A stretch of DNA of 64,000 nucleotides, taken from the IMG/VR virus record IMGVR_UViG_3300025018_000100. The stretch is one strand, 5' to 3'. A program made the translations under genes and the position numbers. Source of the DNA: a virus. Below the pieces are notes generated by a model. It had not been told where the DNA came from and made no database searches. It worked only from the letters and a program-made list of their open reading frames with translations. How positions within the stretch are numbered: the first letter of the stretch is position 1; every line of letters begins with the position of its first letter. Of the stretch, positions 57,070 through 64,000 are shown in pieces.

Positions 57070-57386
57070 TATGATTTGCTTATACGTTTGCTCATACGTT
57101 TGCTCGGAGAGCAACAACGCCGGTAACGCTGAGTAAATTTTATAACTACTATAGGTAAATACTTGTTATTCCTTCAAGGAATAGTTAAACAGTCTTAGAT
57201 TTTTTGGAAAAAATCCCAAATAAAGTTCCTGGGCAGGGGACACATGAAAGTCAAGGTTGTATAGTCTCCATAACCGCCCCCCATGGTTGTATATTATTTC
57301 TATAGAAATATAAAAATAATGCTTGCATTAATAAGATTAAGTGTTATCTTACTTATAGACAATAACCAACGGAAAAGGACTGAAAA

Positions 57387-57704
57387 ATGTTGCAAAGCAA
57401 AACGATTTACCTGAATGACACAACAAAGAAAGATGACAATACCGTGATTTCTTTCGCATATACCGTCCTGGGAGTGGCTCATGGCTCGGTCGCGTTCTTT
57501 GCCCTATCACTTGCGGCGCTTATTCCAGGGCAAGCTATCCCTTTCTTGTTGATTACCTTGGCGGCGGCGCTAATGTCCTATTGGTTCCTGCTGCTGAAAG
57601 ATGGTTTGGAACAAGAAAAGAAACCTTTTTATTCTAAGAAAGGGGGGTTGCATTTTTTCCGGGTCGGTCGGTACGGTGCAACGTTCTACCGCACAAAAAA
57701 ATAA
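57387..57704 (+). CDS. Two-TM membrane protein, higher GC, own promoter and terminator
   Basis: TTGCAT...TATCTT promoter upstream, AAGGA RBS, hydrophobic core. Confidence 0.7.
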   Translation: MLQSKTIYLNDTTKKDDNTVISFAYTVLGVAHGSVAFFALSLAALIPGQAIPFLLITLAAALMSYWFLLLKDGLEQEKKPFYSKKGGLHFFRVGRYGATFYRTKK

Positions 57705-57710
57705 CAACGT

Positions 57711-57738
57711 AAAAGGGGAAGCAATTGCTTCCCCTTTT
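57711..57738. terminator. Bidirectional intrinsic terminator
   Basis: AAAAGGGGAAGCAATTGCTTCCCCTTTT. Confidence 0.85.
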
Positions 57739-57893
57739 CTTTATTCTTATTCTACACAAAACTTGTGTATTAGCACCGCCAGGAAACCTTCTCCTACCCC
57801 TGTAGGGTAACACGGTTTTACCATACTTGTAAAGCTAATTTTATTTCGTTGTTTATATTATTTGAGAAATATTATTAGCCAATAAAGGCACCG

Positions 57894-57908
57894 GAACAAA
57901 ACGTGAAC
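57894..57908 (+). promoter_or_regulatory. Alphaproteobacterial LexA box
   Basis: GAAC-AAAACGT-GAAC (GAAC-N7-GAAC); near match GAAC-N7-AAAC at 57984-57998. Confidence 0.55.
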
Positions 57909-57928
57909 AAACAGGGTGCAGCGCAATA

Positions 57929-57962
57929 TGGCATGATAATTGCATAAGCAATTTATATGCCA
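57929..57962. promoter_or_regulatory. Two head-to-head sigma54 (-24/-12) sites forming an inverted repeat
   Basis: TGGCATGATAATTGCA (+) and TGGCATATAAATTGCT (-), both GG-N10-GC. Confidence 0.65.
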
Positions 57963-58198
57963 TTAAGAATAGATCGCATTAGAGAACAAAAGATAAACAT
58001 AAAGCATTACTAAACTATAGGAATAAGCCTATTTTACACAAAAAATATGGGTTAAAATGAATAGAATATAGATAAACCCAAACTATGCTAAGAATAGATT
58101 AACCCATTAATTTTATTAAATAATATTTTAGTGTTTACATACCTATTAAATGCCTCTATTATAATGCCAGGTAAACAAAACTGGAAAGGACCAAAACA

Positions 58199-58849
58199 AT
58201 GGCAATTAAGAGCAACCACGCATTTTCCCGCACATTACGTAATCAATTGCGAGAAACCTTTAACAACGCGCAATGCGTTTATAAGGATATCCAGGACCAA
58301 GTACCGGCGCTCATTACCTTAGACAATGGGGAATTTGACCATATACTAGCGCGGGAATTTGCCTATTTGGAAAAGGATATGCAAGCGGCGATTAAGAATG
58401 CCGGTTATCCAAAAACACTTTGGCAAAATTTCGCTATCAATAGCCATGTTAATTGCGCGCGTGTTAGCGCGTCTGGGAATTGGCTAAAAGGACAACAAGA
58501 AAAGTCTTTGATGGTTATCAAACAAGATAACGCGGTGATTGTTCACGCCATGCGATATTTTGCGCGTGTATGGGGTCTTAACGGGAAAAGAAAAATTGTT
58601 CTCAAATCCGTCGCCAACAAAACAAAACATCTTGCAATCAAAGCAAACGAATATGAAGCGCTTTCCGTTCGTGCGGTACGCTTGGAACATACTAAAGGGG
58701 ATTTAGATAAATTTAGTATGTCTCACAATTGGATTAAAGAGGGGAAGGAATATAAAAGGCAAATTTTAAAATTCGGGGATGAAACTCCAGAAGCGAAAGC
58801 GCATTTAAAGAAAATGAAACAGACCATAAAGGAATACATGGTTTACTGA
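58199..58849 (+). CDS. HNH-like protein, higher GC
   Basis: EFDHIL...N....S..GNWLKG; AAGGA RBS; TTTACA-17 nt-TATTAT promoter. Confidence 0.55.
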   Translation: MAIKSNHAFSRTLRNQLRETFNNAQCVYKDIQDQVPALITLDNGEFDHILAREFAYLEKDMQAAIKNAGYPKTLWQNFAINSHVNCARVSASGNWLKGQQEKSLMVIKQDNAVIVHAMRYFARVWGLNGKRKIVLKSVANKTKHLAIKANEYEALSVRAVRLEHTKGDLDKFSMSHNWIKEGKEYKRQILKFGDETPEAKAHLKKMKQTIKEYMVY

Positions 58850-58852
58850 AAA

Positions 58853-58880
58853 ATATGGGGGGAAGCAATTCCCCCCATAT
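58853..58880. terminator. GCAA-tetraloop hairpin
   Basis: ATATGGGGGGAA-GCAA-TTCCCCCCATAT; U-run only on - strand. Confidence 0.7.
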
Positions 58881-58886
58881 ACCTAC

Positions 58887-59019
58887 CTGAATTGCGAATG
58901 ATTATCATTCCTGACTGAATTGCGAATGATTATCATTCCTGACTGAATTGCGAATGATTATCATTCCTGACTGAATTGCGAATGATTATCATTCCTGACT
59001 GAATTGCGAATGATTATCA
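58887..59019. repeat. Tandem array, 4.75 x 28 bp, each unit containing a Fur-box core
   Basis: Unit CTGAATTGCGAATGATTATCATTCCTGA at 58887, 58915, 58943, 58971, partial at 58999; AATGAT-T-ATCATT palindrome. Confidence 0.95.
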
Positions 59020-59045
59020 AGAGAAAAATAGTTAAAAATTTTTCT

Positions 59046-59120
59046 GCACCTGTACGAAATCGAAATAAAAAAGTGAGAAAGTAAGTGCCAAATTTAGATT
59101 TAGCACCTGTATGAAAACGA
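59046..59120 (+). repeat. 18-bp direct repeat pair
   Basis: GCACCTGTACGAAATCGA (59046) and GCACCTGTATGAAAACGA (59103). Confidence 0.8.
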
Positions 59121-59176
59121 CTAATTTTTGTATTAATTCTATCTCAAAAATAATGATATAAAATGAAAAATAATAG

Positions 59177-59205
59177 TTGACTAGTATTAATATAAAGACT
59201 ATATT
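59177..59205 (+). promoter_or_regulatory. Early sigma70 promoter
   Basis: TTGACT-17 nt-TATATT with A-rich UP element. Confidence 0.8.
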
Positions 59206-59237
59206 ATATTTATTGAAACACTCAAAGGAGATAGAAA

Positions 59238-59441
59238 ATGTTTTACGAAAGAGTTACCAAAGTCACACAAGACTGGTTAAACACTCTCAGAAACAATGCT
59301 TCAAGAAAAGACTTTGTAGTTGGTTCTATGTGCGCTAAAATGGGACTAGCTTTAGCTACAGCGGAGAGAGCCCAAAAAAGTGACGATCTTAAGACAATAC
59401 AAGAGGATTTAGAAAGGATTATTAAAATCTTAGAGAAGTGA
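59238..59441 (+). CDS. Hypothetical early protein
   Basis: AAGGAG RBS, promoter and terminator. Confidence 0.75.
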   Translation: MFYERVTKVTQDWLNTLRNNASRKDFVVGSMCAKMGLALATAERAQKSDDLKTIQEDLERIIKILEK

Positions 59442-59447
59442 CCAGGG

Positions 59448-59479
59448 AAACCCTCTAGCGAAAGTTAGGGGGTTTTTTT
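59448..59479 (+). terminator. Intrinsic terminator
   Basis: AAACCCTCTAGC-GAAA-GTTAGGGGGTTT + T run. Confidence 0.85.
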
Positions 59480-59486
59480 GTGTATA

Positions 59487-59543
59487 AATCAATTAATTAT
59501 ATTATTACCCGCCGTAGGCGAGTTATCAGTTAAGTTGTTAAAA
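59487..59543. repeat. 57-bp IHF-hairpin-IHF module, copy 1
   Basis: AATCAATTAATTA-7 nt-ACCCGCC GTA GGCGAGT; promoter TTGACA 59563 / TACAGT 59586. Confidence 0.8.
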
Positions 59544-59619
59544 ATAAACGATAATTTAGTTGTTGACATTGCTTTATTTTACCGATACAGTCTATATATC
59601 GAAACAAAGGAGAAAGACT

Positions 59620-59853
59620 ATGTCACGTCACAGCAAACAAGAAACCTTGATCGCTACATCTTTTGTAAAAGAAACAGAAAAAAGTTGGGTGGTCATGTTT
59701 TACGGTACTAAAGCAGTCCTAGCCAAGAGCATGTGCGAACATGATGGGGGTTTGCAATTTTCCATCCCTAAATGGTTGTACAAGAAAATCATGGAAGCAG
59801 AAGAAAAAAATACAGATAACTTCTATGAAGAACAAGCTTTGTTGCTGGCTTAA
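59620..59853 (+). CDS. Hypothetical early protein
   Basis: AAGGAG RBS before ATG 59620; ETEKSW...IPKWL. Confidence 0.75.
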   Translation: MSRHSKQETLIATSFVKETEKSWVVMFYGTKAVLAKSMCEHDGGLQFSIPKWLYKKIMEAEEKNTDNFYEEQALLLA

Positions 59854-59856
59854 CAT

Positions 59857-59898
59857 AAAAGTCTCTTAGAGATATCCAGGCTCTAAGAGACTTTTTTT
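59857..59898 (+). terminator. Intrinsic terminator
   Basis: AAAAGTCTCTTAGAG...CTCTAAGAGACTTTT. Confidence 0.85.
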
Positions 59899-59905
59899 GT
59901 TTAAT

Positions 59906-59962
59906 TTTCAATAGGTTAGCTGGCGACCCGCCGTAGGCGGGTTAGCGGCTAACACGTTGATA
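59906..59962. repeat. 57-bp module, copy 2
   Basis: TTTCAATAGGTTA-7-ACCCGCC GTA GGCGGGT-7-TAACACGTTGATA; promoter TTGACA 59982 / TATATT 60005. Confidence 0.9.
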
Positions 59963-60060
59963 ACAAACAATAATTATTTTGTTGACACACTAAGGGAAAA
60001 ATCTTATATTATTTATATCAAGACGAGGCAATAATGCCACATAGGAAAAGGAGAATTACT

Positions 60061-60273
60061 ATGCTACGCCGGATTGAGAATGTTAACTGCAAAGATGAAA
60101 ATGGCCTGTCAAGCACAATTGCTGTTATTCAAAAAGCGGTAGACAATAAGGGTAATACCCTTGCTTATAGCGTTGCTTTCGCAGACGGCACAACCGTTGG
60201 CAATATTCCCCGGCTGGGAGAGGCTCGCGCTATCGCAGTCAAAGGTAAGGTTCAACAGCAAGAAGCTGCATAA
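60061..60273 (+). CDS. Hypothetical early protein
   Basis: AAGGAG RBS before ATG 60061. Confidence 0.75.
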   Translation: MLRRIENVNCKDENGLSSTIAVIQKAVDNKGNTLAYSVAFADGTTVGNIPRLGEARAIAVKGKVQQQEAA

Positions 60274-60398
60274 TTCCACAATTTCCAAAGGGTAAGAGAT
60301 ATGACACATAATTCAAGAGACTCCCCTTAAAAAGAAGACAAGGGTTGTGGGATTTTGGTAAAGCAACCGTTAATTTAGATAGATATATAAGAGAAAAT

Positions 60399-60432
60399 AA
60401 AAAAACGTCCAGCACATGCTGGACGTTTTTTT
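60399..60432. terminator. Bidirectional terminator
   Basis: AAAAAAACGTCCAGCA-CA-TGCTGGACGTTTTTTT. Confidence 0.85.
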
Positions 60433-60439
60433 ATTTATT

Positions 60440-60496
60440 TTTCAATAGGTTAGGTGACGACCCGCCTACGGCGGGTTAGCGGCTAAACCATTGTTT
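60440..60496. repeat. 57-bp module, copy 3 (TAC loop)
   Basis: ACCCGCC TAC GGCGGGT; promoter TTGACG 60516 / TATATT 60539. Confidence 0.9.
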
Positions 60497-60571
60497 TTAA
60501 ACAATAATTTAGTTGTTGACGTAATACTTTTTAAGACTTATATTAATAACATAATTATTAGGAGAAAAAAT

Positions 60572-61129
60572 ATGCGAAGCCCTTTAGAATTAGTTAGCAT
60601 GCTTAATAGATGTGGTCTTATTAAGATCGGGGAAGGGTCTTATGCTGAGGTCTATGCTAAAAAGACAAAAGACTTTGCTTATAAAGTAGGTAATATGTAC
60701 CTTGATGAAAATGATGGTTGGTTTCAGTATGCTAAATTAGCAAAAAAGCATAGTGCTAATAATCCGTACTTCCCTGAAATTAGTTTTATTAGGGGATCTG
60801 CAAGGGCTTATATAGCTAAAATGGAATTTATTCCAAAAACGTTATTTGATATTAGAGACGGTGTTTATAATAAGTCATATGAAATTGATGATAGTTTATG
60901 GCAAGTATTTTACGAAGACAAAAATTCAACACTTGTACAAAAATTATATGAACAGAACCCAGAATTTTTTAAATTTTTAAAAGATGAAAAATTCTGGGAA
61001 GCTGTATCACTTATCAAGGAATATATGAAAGATTTTCCCGATATGGATTTAGATATACACGACCGTAATATAATGATAAGAGAAAACGGGCAAATAGTAA
61101 TTACAGACCCTTACCTAGAAGGGTATTAA
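60572..61129 (+). CDS. Ser/Thr protein kinase-like (T7 gp0.7-like kinase domain), paralog 1
   Basis: IGEGSYAEVY, AYKV, MEFI, DIHDRNIM, VITDP; AGGAG RBS before ATG 60572. Confidence 0.8.
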   Translation: MRSPLELVSMLNRCGLIKIGEGSYAEVYAKKTKDFAYKVGNMYLDENDGWFQYAKLAKKHSANNPYFPEISFIRGSARAYIAKMEFIPKTLFDIRDGVYNKSYEIDDSLWQVFYEDKNSTLVQKLYEQNPEFFKFLKDEKFWEAVSLIKEYMKDFPDMDLDIHDRNIMIRENGQIVITDPYLEGY

Positions 61130-61157
61130 ACACTGACACCAAAAACAGGAGATTTCT

Positions 61158-61622
61158 ATGTTGTTGAATAGTATGAAAATAGAAGACTTTGTCGATATCA
61201 TTAAAAATGATATCGATAATTCTGGAGAAACTATGGGCGATATTCACATTAGCCTTGTGAAAAATTTGCTTAAAGTTTCAACAAGTACTATTGATAGTAG
61301 TAAAACTATCAATATGCTTATTAAGTATTCAAAAGTTATCGGGTCTGAAATTGTGAACAGGGCCGTCTACGAAACTATCTTGGCTTCTGAAAGTCAGAAA
61401 GTGTATAAGTGGAGTATTATCGGGTATAAAAACGATTTGCTTACTGATAAGATTAAAGCAATCGTCGCTATTCGCAAAACTATTAGCGATATGTCTTTGA
61501 TGGAAGCTAAGGGAATTATGGAAAATGACAAGTACCTTTTTGCTAATGTGAGTACTGTCACAAAACTTAATAAGGAAATTATGCCTTACGGTTTTATTGC
61601 GGTTCCACAAAGTAGCTATTGA
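61158..61622 (+). CDS. Protein with ribosomal L7/L12 C-terminal-like domain
   Basis: DKIKAIVAIRKTISDMSLMEAKGIME. Confidence 0.65.
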   Translation: MLLNSMKIEDFVDIIKNDIDNSGETMGDIHISLVKNLLKVSTSTIDSSKTINMLIKYSKVIGSEIVNRAVYETILASESQKVYKWSIIGYKNDLLTDKIKAIVAIRKTISDMSLMEAKGIMENDKYLFANVSTVTKLNKEIMPYGFIAVPQSSY

Positions 61623-61656
61623 CTCATATATTAATTAGAGTAGAAAAAGCCAGTTA

Positions 61657-61713
61657 AGTCAACAACTTAGCTGGCGACCCGCCGTAGGCGGGTTATCAGT
61701 TAAGTTACTGATA
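61657..61713. repeat. 57-bp module, copy 4
   Basis: AGTCAACAACTTA-7-hairpin-7-TAAGTTACTGATA; promoter TTGACT 61733 / TATATT 61756. Confidence 0.9.
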
Positions 61714-61791
61714 ACAAACTATAATTTAATTGTTGACTATATAGTAGTGTAAGACTATATTATTTTTACTGAAAAACAGAAAGGATACGTT

Positions 61792-61980
61792 ATGCACAGG
61801 GCAAGAAAAGATTATGTAATTATGGAAGCAAAGAAACAAGCTAAGTACGACCCTTGGAGTAGTAAAATCAGGGAATTGTTGACAGGGGAAGAAATTAATG
61901 TTATAAACAGGCATTGGCAAAAAATGAAAGGAATTGCTAGCTGGTTTGATGCGTTTATGGATTTACCTGTTGATAGCTAA
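61792..61980 (+). CDS. Hypothetical early protein
   Basis: AAGGA RBS. Confidence 0.65.
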   Translation: MHRARKDYVIMEAKKQAKYDPWSSKIRELLTGEEINVINRHWQKMKGIASWFDAFMDLPVDS

Positions 61981-62023
61981 TATAAGTTATTGACTTAGTA
62001 ACAAAACGATTATATAGTATGTT

Positions 62024-62154
62024 ATCGAAATAAAATTACCCTGTGGGGAAAGGGGGAGTTAATACCTCCGGAATTTCGCAGCATAAGGGTTTTTCTCCTT
62101 CTTACCTTGTGCGCGGTACTAGTCTCTCAGGTCAGAAACCTGAGAGACTTTTTT
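62024..62154 (+). ncRNA. Candidate small RNA with anti-Shine-Dalgarno loop
   Basis: Promoter TTGACT(61990)-17 nt-TATAGT(62013), no ORF, two hairpins, terminator 62121-62154. Confidence 0.65.
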
Positions 62155-62161
62155 GTTTATA

Positions 62162-62218
62162 TTTCAACGACTTAAGTGACGACCCGCCTACGGCGGGTGA
62201 GAGGCTAACCTGTTGATT
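62162..62218. repeat. 57-bp module, copy 5 (TAC loop, no adjacent promoter)
   Basis: TTTCAACGACTTA-7-ACCCGCC TAC GGCGGGT-7-TAACCTGTTGATT. Confidence 0.9.
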
Positions 62219-62230
62219 AACCTCACTTTT

Positions 62231-62623
62231 TTACACTGTAAGTTCAATAATTTCTACAAATTGTTGCAATTCTTCTTTATTCCAACCCCCAGCACTTTTA
62301 GCATCCGAAGTGTCTGTGCCGTCTACAAGATGATTTAAGAGTGTAATAAAAAATTTTTCAATAAAGTCTTTATCCTCTTGATAAATAGCCTTAAGGATAA
62401 ATTCCCAAGAATTGATACGTTTTGTTAGAGGCAGTTTATCAACCTCATCAAAGCACCACTTTAACATATCATAATGTAAAGAACCAGTATTCTCAATTTT
62501 CACCTTAAAAAGTCCGTGAGCCAAAGATTTGATAGCTACTTCTTTTTTTATTTCAGATGAAAGATTTAAACTTTCAATATAATTTCTGTAATCTTGCAAA
62601 TCCTGCTTAGAACAATAATCCAT
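62231..62623 (-). CDS. Hypothetical protein
   Basis: AAGGA RBS. Confidence 0.7.
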   Translation of the reverse strand: MDYCSKQDLQDYRNYIESLNLSSEIKKEVAIKSLAHGLFKVKIENTGSLHYDMLKWCFDEVDKLPLTKRINSWEFILKAIYQEDKDFIEKFFITLLNHLVDGTDTSDAKSAGGWNKEELQQFVEIIELTV

Positions 62624-62680
62624 GATGTATCCTTTCTTAAGAAATTGTTGTTACATATAATAACAAATATCTACTTTATG

Positions 62681-63010
62681 TCAATAGACTTCCTTACGAA
62701 AATTATACATATAAGTAAAATCAGAACACTCGATAGAAAAAGACTCTTGGTTTAGTTCGTCCTTCAATAAAATTCCTAAACGGCAAGCGTGTATTTTAAT
62801 ATCCTTAAATTTTGATGGAAATCTGGGATAATTAATAAAATCTACTCTTATACCTTTTTCTTGCCCATGAGTATATACGTATTCTGTTGTAGATATAGAA
62901 ACACACAACCCAACATTATCGCAGTAATCACGACATACTACAGTAGCTTTGTCAATATCCCCCGCAATCCAAATTGTTGCATGAAAGCTGTTTGAACGAA
63001 TAACTTGCAT
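62681..63010 (-). CDS. Phage hypothetical protein
   Basis: AAGGA RBS before ATG 63010; CRDYC..GLCV...Y.YT.G.E.G...INYPRFP. Confidence 0.75.
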   Translation of the reverse strand: MQVIRSNSFHATIWIAGDIDKATVVCRDYCDNVGLCVSISTTEYVYTHGQEKGIRVDFINYPRFPSKFKDIKIHACRLGILLKDELNQESFSIECSDFTYMYNFRKEVY

Positions 63011-63085
63011 TATATAATTTCCTTTGTTGATTAATAAGAATATATCACATTTTGCATGAAATGCAACAAATAAATTAATCAACGT

Positions 63086-63142
63086 TTTCAACAGTTTAGC
63101 TGGCGACCCGCCGTAGGCGGGTTAGCCGCTAACCCCTTGTTT
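63086..63142. repeat. 57-bp module, copy 6, between divergent promoters
   Basis: TTGCAT -35 boxes on both sides (63061-63066 on -, 63162-63167 on +), each 19 bp from the module. Confidence 0.9.
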
Positions 63143-63218
63143 TTAAAAGATAATTTAGTTGTTGCATTTATTTATAAACTAGCTATACTAGCTATAGCAA
63201 ATTTAAAGGAGACATTAA

Positions 63219-63815
63219 ATGAGTGTACGAAAAATAGTGAAACGACTAAGAAAAACAGGATTAGTACGTATTGGTGAAGGCTCTTTCGGAGTAGCAGTTG
63301 CACCTGAAAGTAGAGAATATGTGTACAAAATTGGAAGTATTAATAATCTCTTAGATGGTTGGTACTATTTTGGACAATTAGCTATGTTGCATAGTGATAA
63401 TCCTTATTTTCCTAAAATTGAAAAACTCCAAGGAACCTCACAAGCATATGTTGCTAAAATGGAATATATACCCTCAGAAGTTACAACATCGGCGTCAATA
63501 AAGTGGGAATTAGGAGACTATATTAAAAACTGGTTATCTCCTACGGATGAATATAGTACAGAATGGTATAAAAAAGACAGTGATTTTATAAAAAGTTTTC
63601 CATTCACTGCTGATCCACTATTTTGTGACGCACTTTCAATTATGAGTTTTTATCTTGAAGATATTAAACGTGAGTTAGGAATAAATATATACTTTGATAT
63701 ACATGAAGGTAATTTTAGATGTAGGGAAGATGGACAGTTAGTAATTATTGATCCATTTGCTATTGAAGAAACAGATAGCTACTCAGGAATGTCTGAGTCT
63801 TGGTTCTGGGCCTAA
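63219..63815 (+). CDS. Ser/Thr protein kinase-like, paralog 2
   Basis: IGEGSFG, VYKI, NPYFP, AKMEYIP, DIHEGNF, VIIDP. Confidence 0.8.
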   Translation: MSVRKIVKRLRKTGLVRIGEGSFGVAVAPESREYVYKIGSINNLLDGWYYFGQLAMLHSDNPYFPKIEKLQGTSQAYVAKMEYIPSEVTTSASIKWELGDYIKNWLSPTDEYSTEWYKKDSDFIKSFPFTADPLFCDALSIMSFYLEDIKRELGINIYFDIHEGNFRCREDGQLVIIDPFAIEETDSYSGMSESWFWA

Positions 63816-63826
63816 AAAGTTAGCTA

Positions 63827-63883
63827 AGTCAATGACTTAGCTGACGACCCGCCGTAGGCGGGTTAGAGGCTAACACGTTGATT
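63827..63883. repeat. 57-bp module, copy 7
   Basis: AGTCAATGACTTA-7-hairpin-7-TAACACGTTGATT; promoter TTGACA 63913 / TATATT 63936. Confidence 0.9.
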
Positions 63884-64000
63884 TTAAACGATAATTATTT
63901 TTAAAATAGTTGTTGACACTAAATCTAAAATAATCTATATTAGTTAAATCAAGAGCGGATAGAATACCTTACCGCTAGGTTTTAGTCGCTTACATATTAG

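Noticed and set aside
57917-57928. PhaR-like site TGCAGCGCA
   Set aside because: Short single partial match, could be chance
58887-59019. CRISPR array
   Set aside because: Units are contiguous and identical with no spacers; no cas genes in the window
59487-63883. REP/RAYT elements or integron attC sites
   Set aside because: GTAG lies in the loop rather than at the stem foot, there are no attC-type core sites with extrahelical bases, and no transposase or integrase is in the window
63945-64000. tRNA or ncRNA after the last promoter
   Set aside because: Truncated by the window; only a 5-bp AGCGG/CCGCT stem and no cloverleaf visible
1-64000. Stop-codon reassignment
   Set aside because: Core genes are full length in the standard code and TAA, TAG and TGA all serve as stops

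Overview
64 kb of an AT-rich (visually about 30% GC) lytic siphovirus with T5-like gene order. 1-8.8 kb (+): end of the replication/nucleotide-metabolism arm (methylase fragment, glutaredoxin, a PlcP-like phosphoesterase + GT4 glycosyltransferase pair, D14-like resolvase, D15-like flap endonuclease, RNase H, dUTPase, ThyX, a glycosyltransferase and a SAM-dependent enzyme). 8.8-52.3 kb (-): the late/morphogenesis operon (endolysin, fibres, lambda J/I/K/L/M-like tail tip, tape measure, frameshifted chaperones, major tail, neck, fused protease-capsid, portal, HNH, terminases, holin-like pair, PhoH, a GC-rich LamG/SPRY protein), interrupted by two radical SAM genes and a glycosyltransferase. 52.6-57.1 kb (+): small hypothetical genes. 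57.2-64 kb: a host-takeover region rich in non-coding structure. It holds a cluster of host regulator-like sites (alphaproteobacterial LexA box, paired sigma54 sites, a 28-bp tandem array of Fur boxes), then seven copies of a symmetric 57-bp module (IHF-like site / 7 nt / GC hairpin with 3-nt loop / 7 nt / inverted IHF-like site). The module lies exactly 19 bp (once 29 bp) from sigma70 -35 boxes driving two protein kinases, an L7/L12-like protein and small ORFs; a probable anti-Shine-Dalgarno sRNA with its own promoter sits among them. An alphaproteobacterial host is inferred, not shown. All protein calls are from motif recognition by eye; no searches were run.
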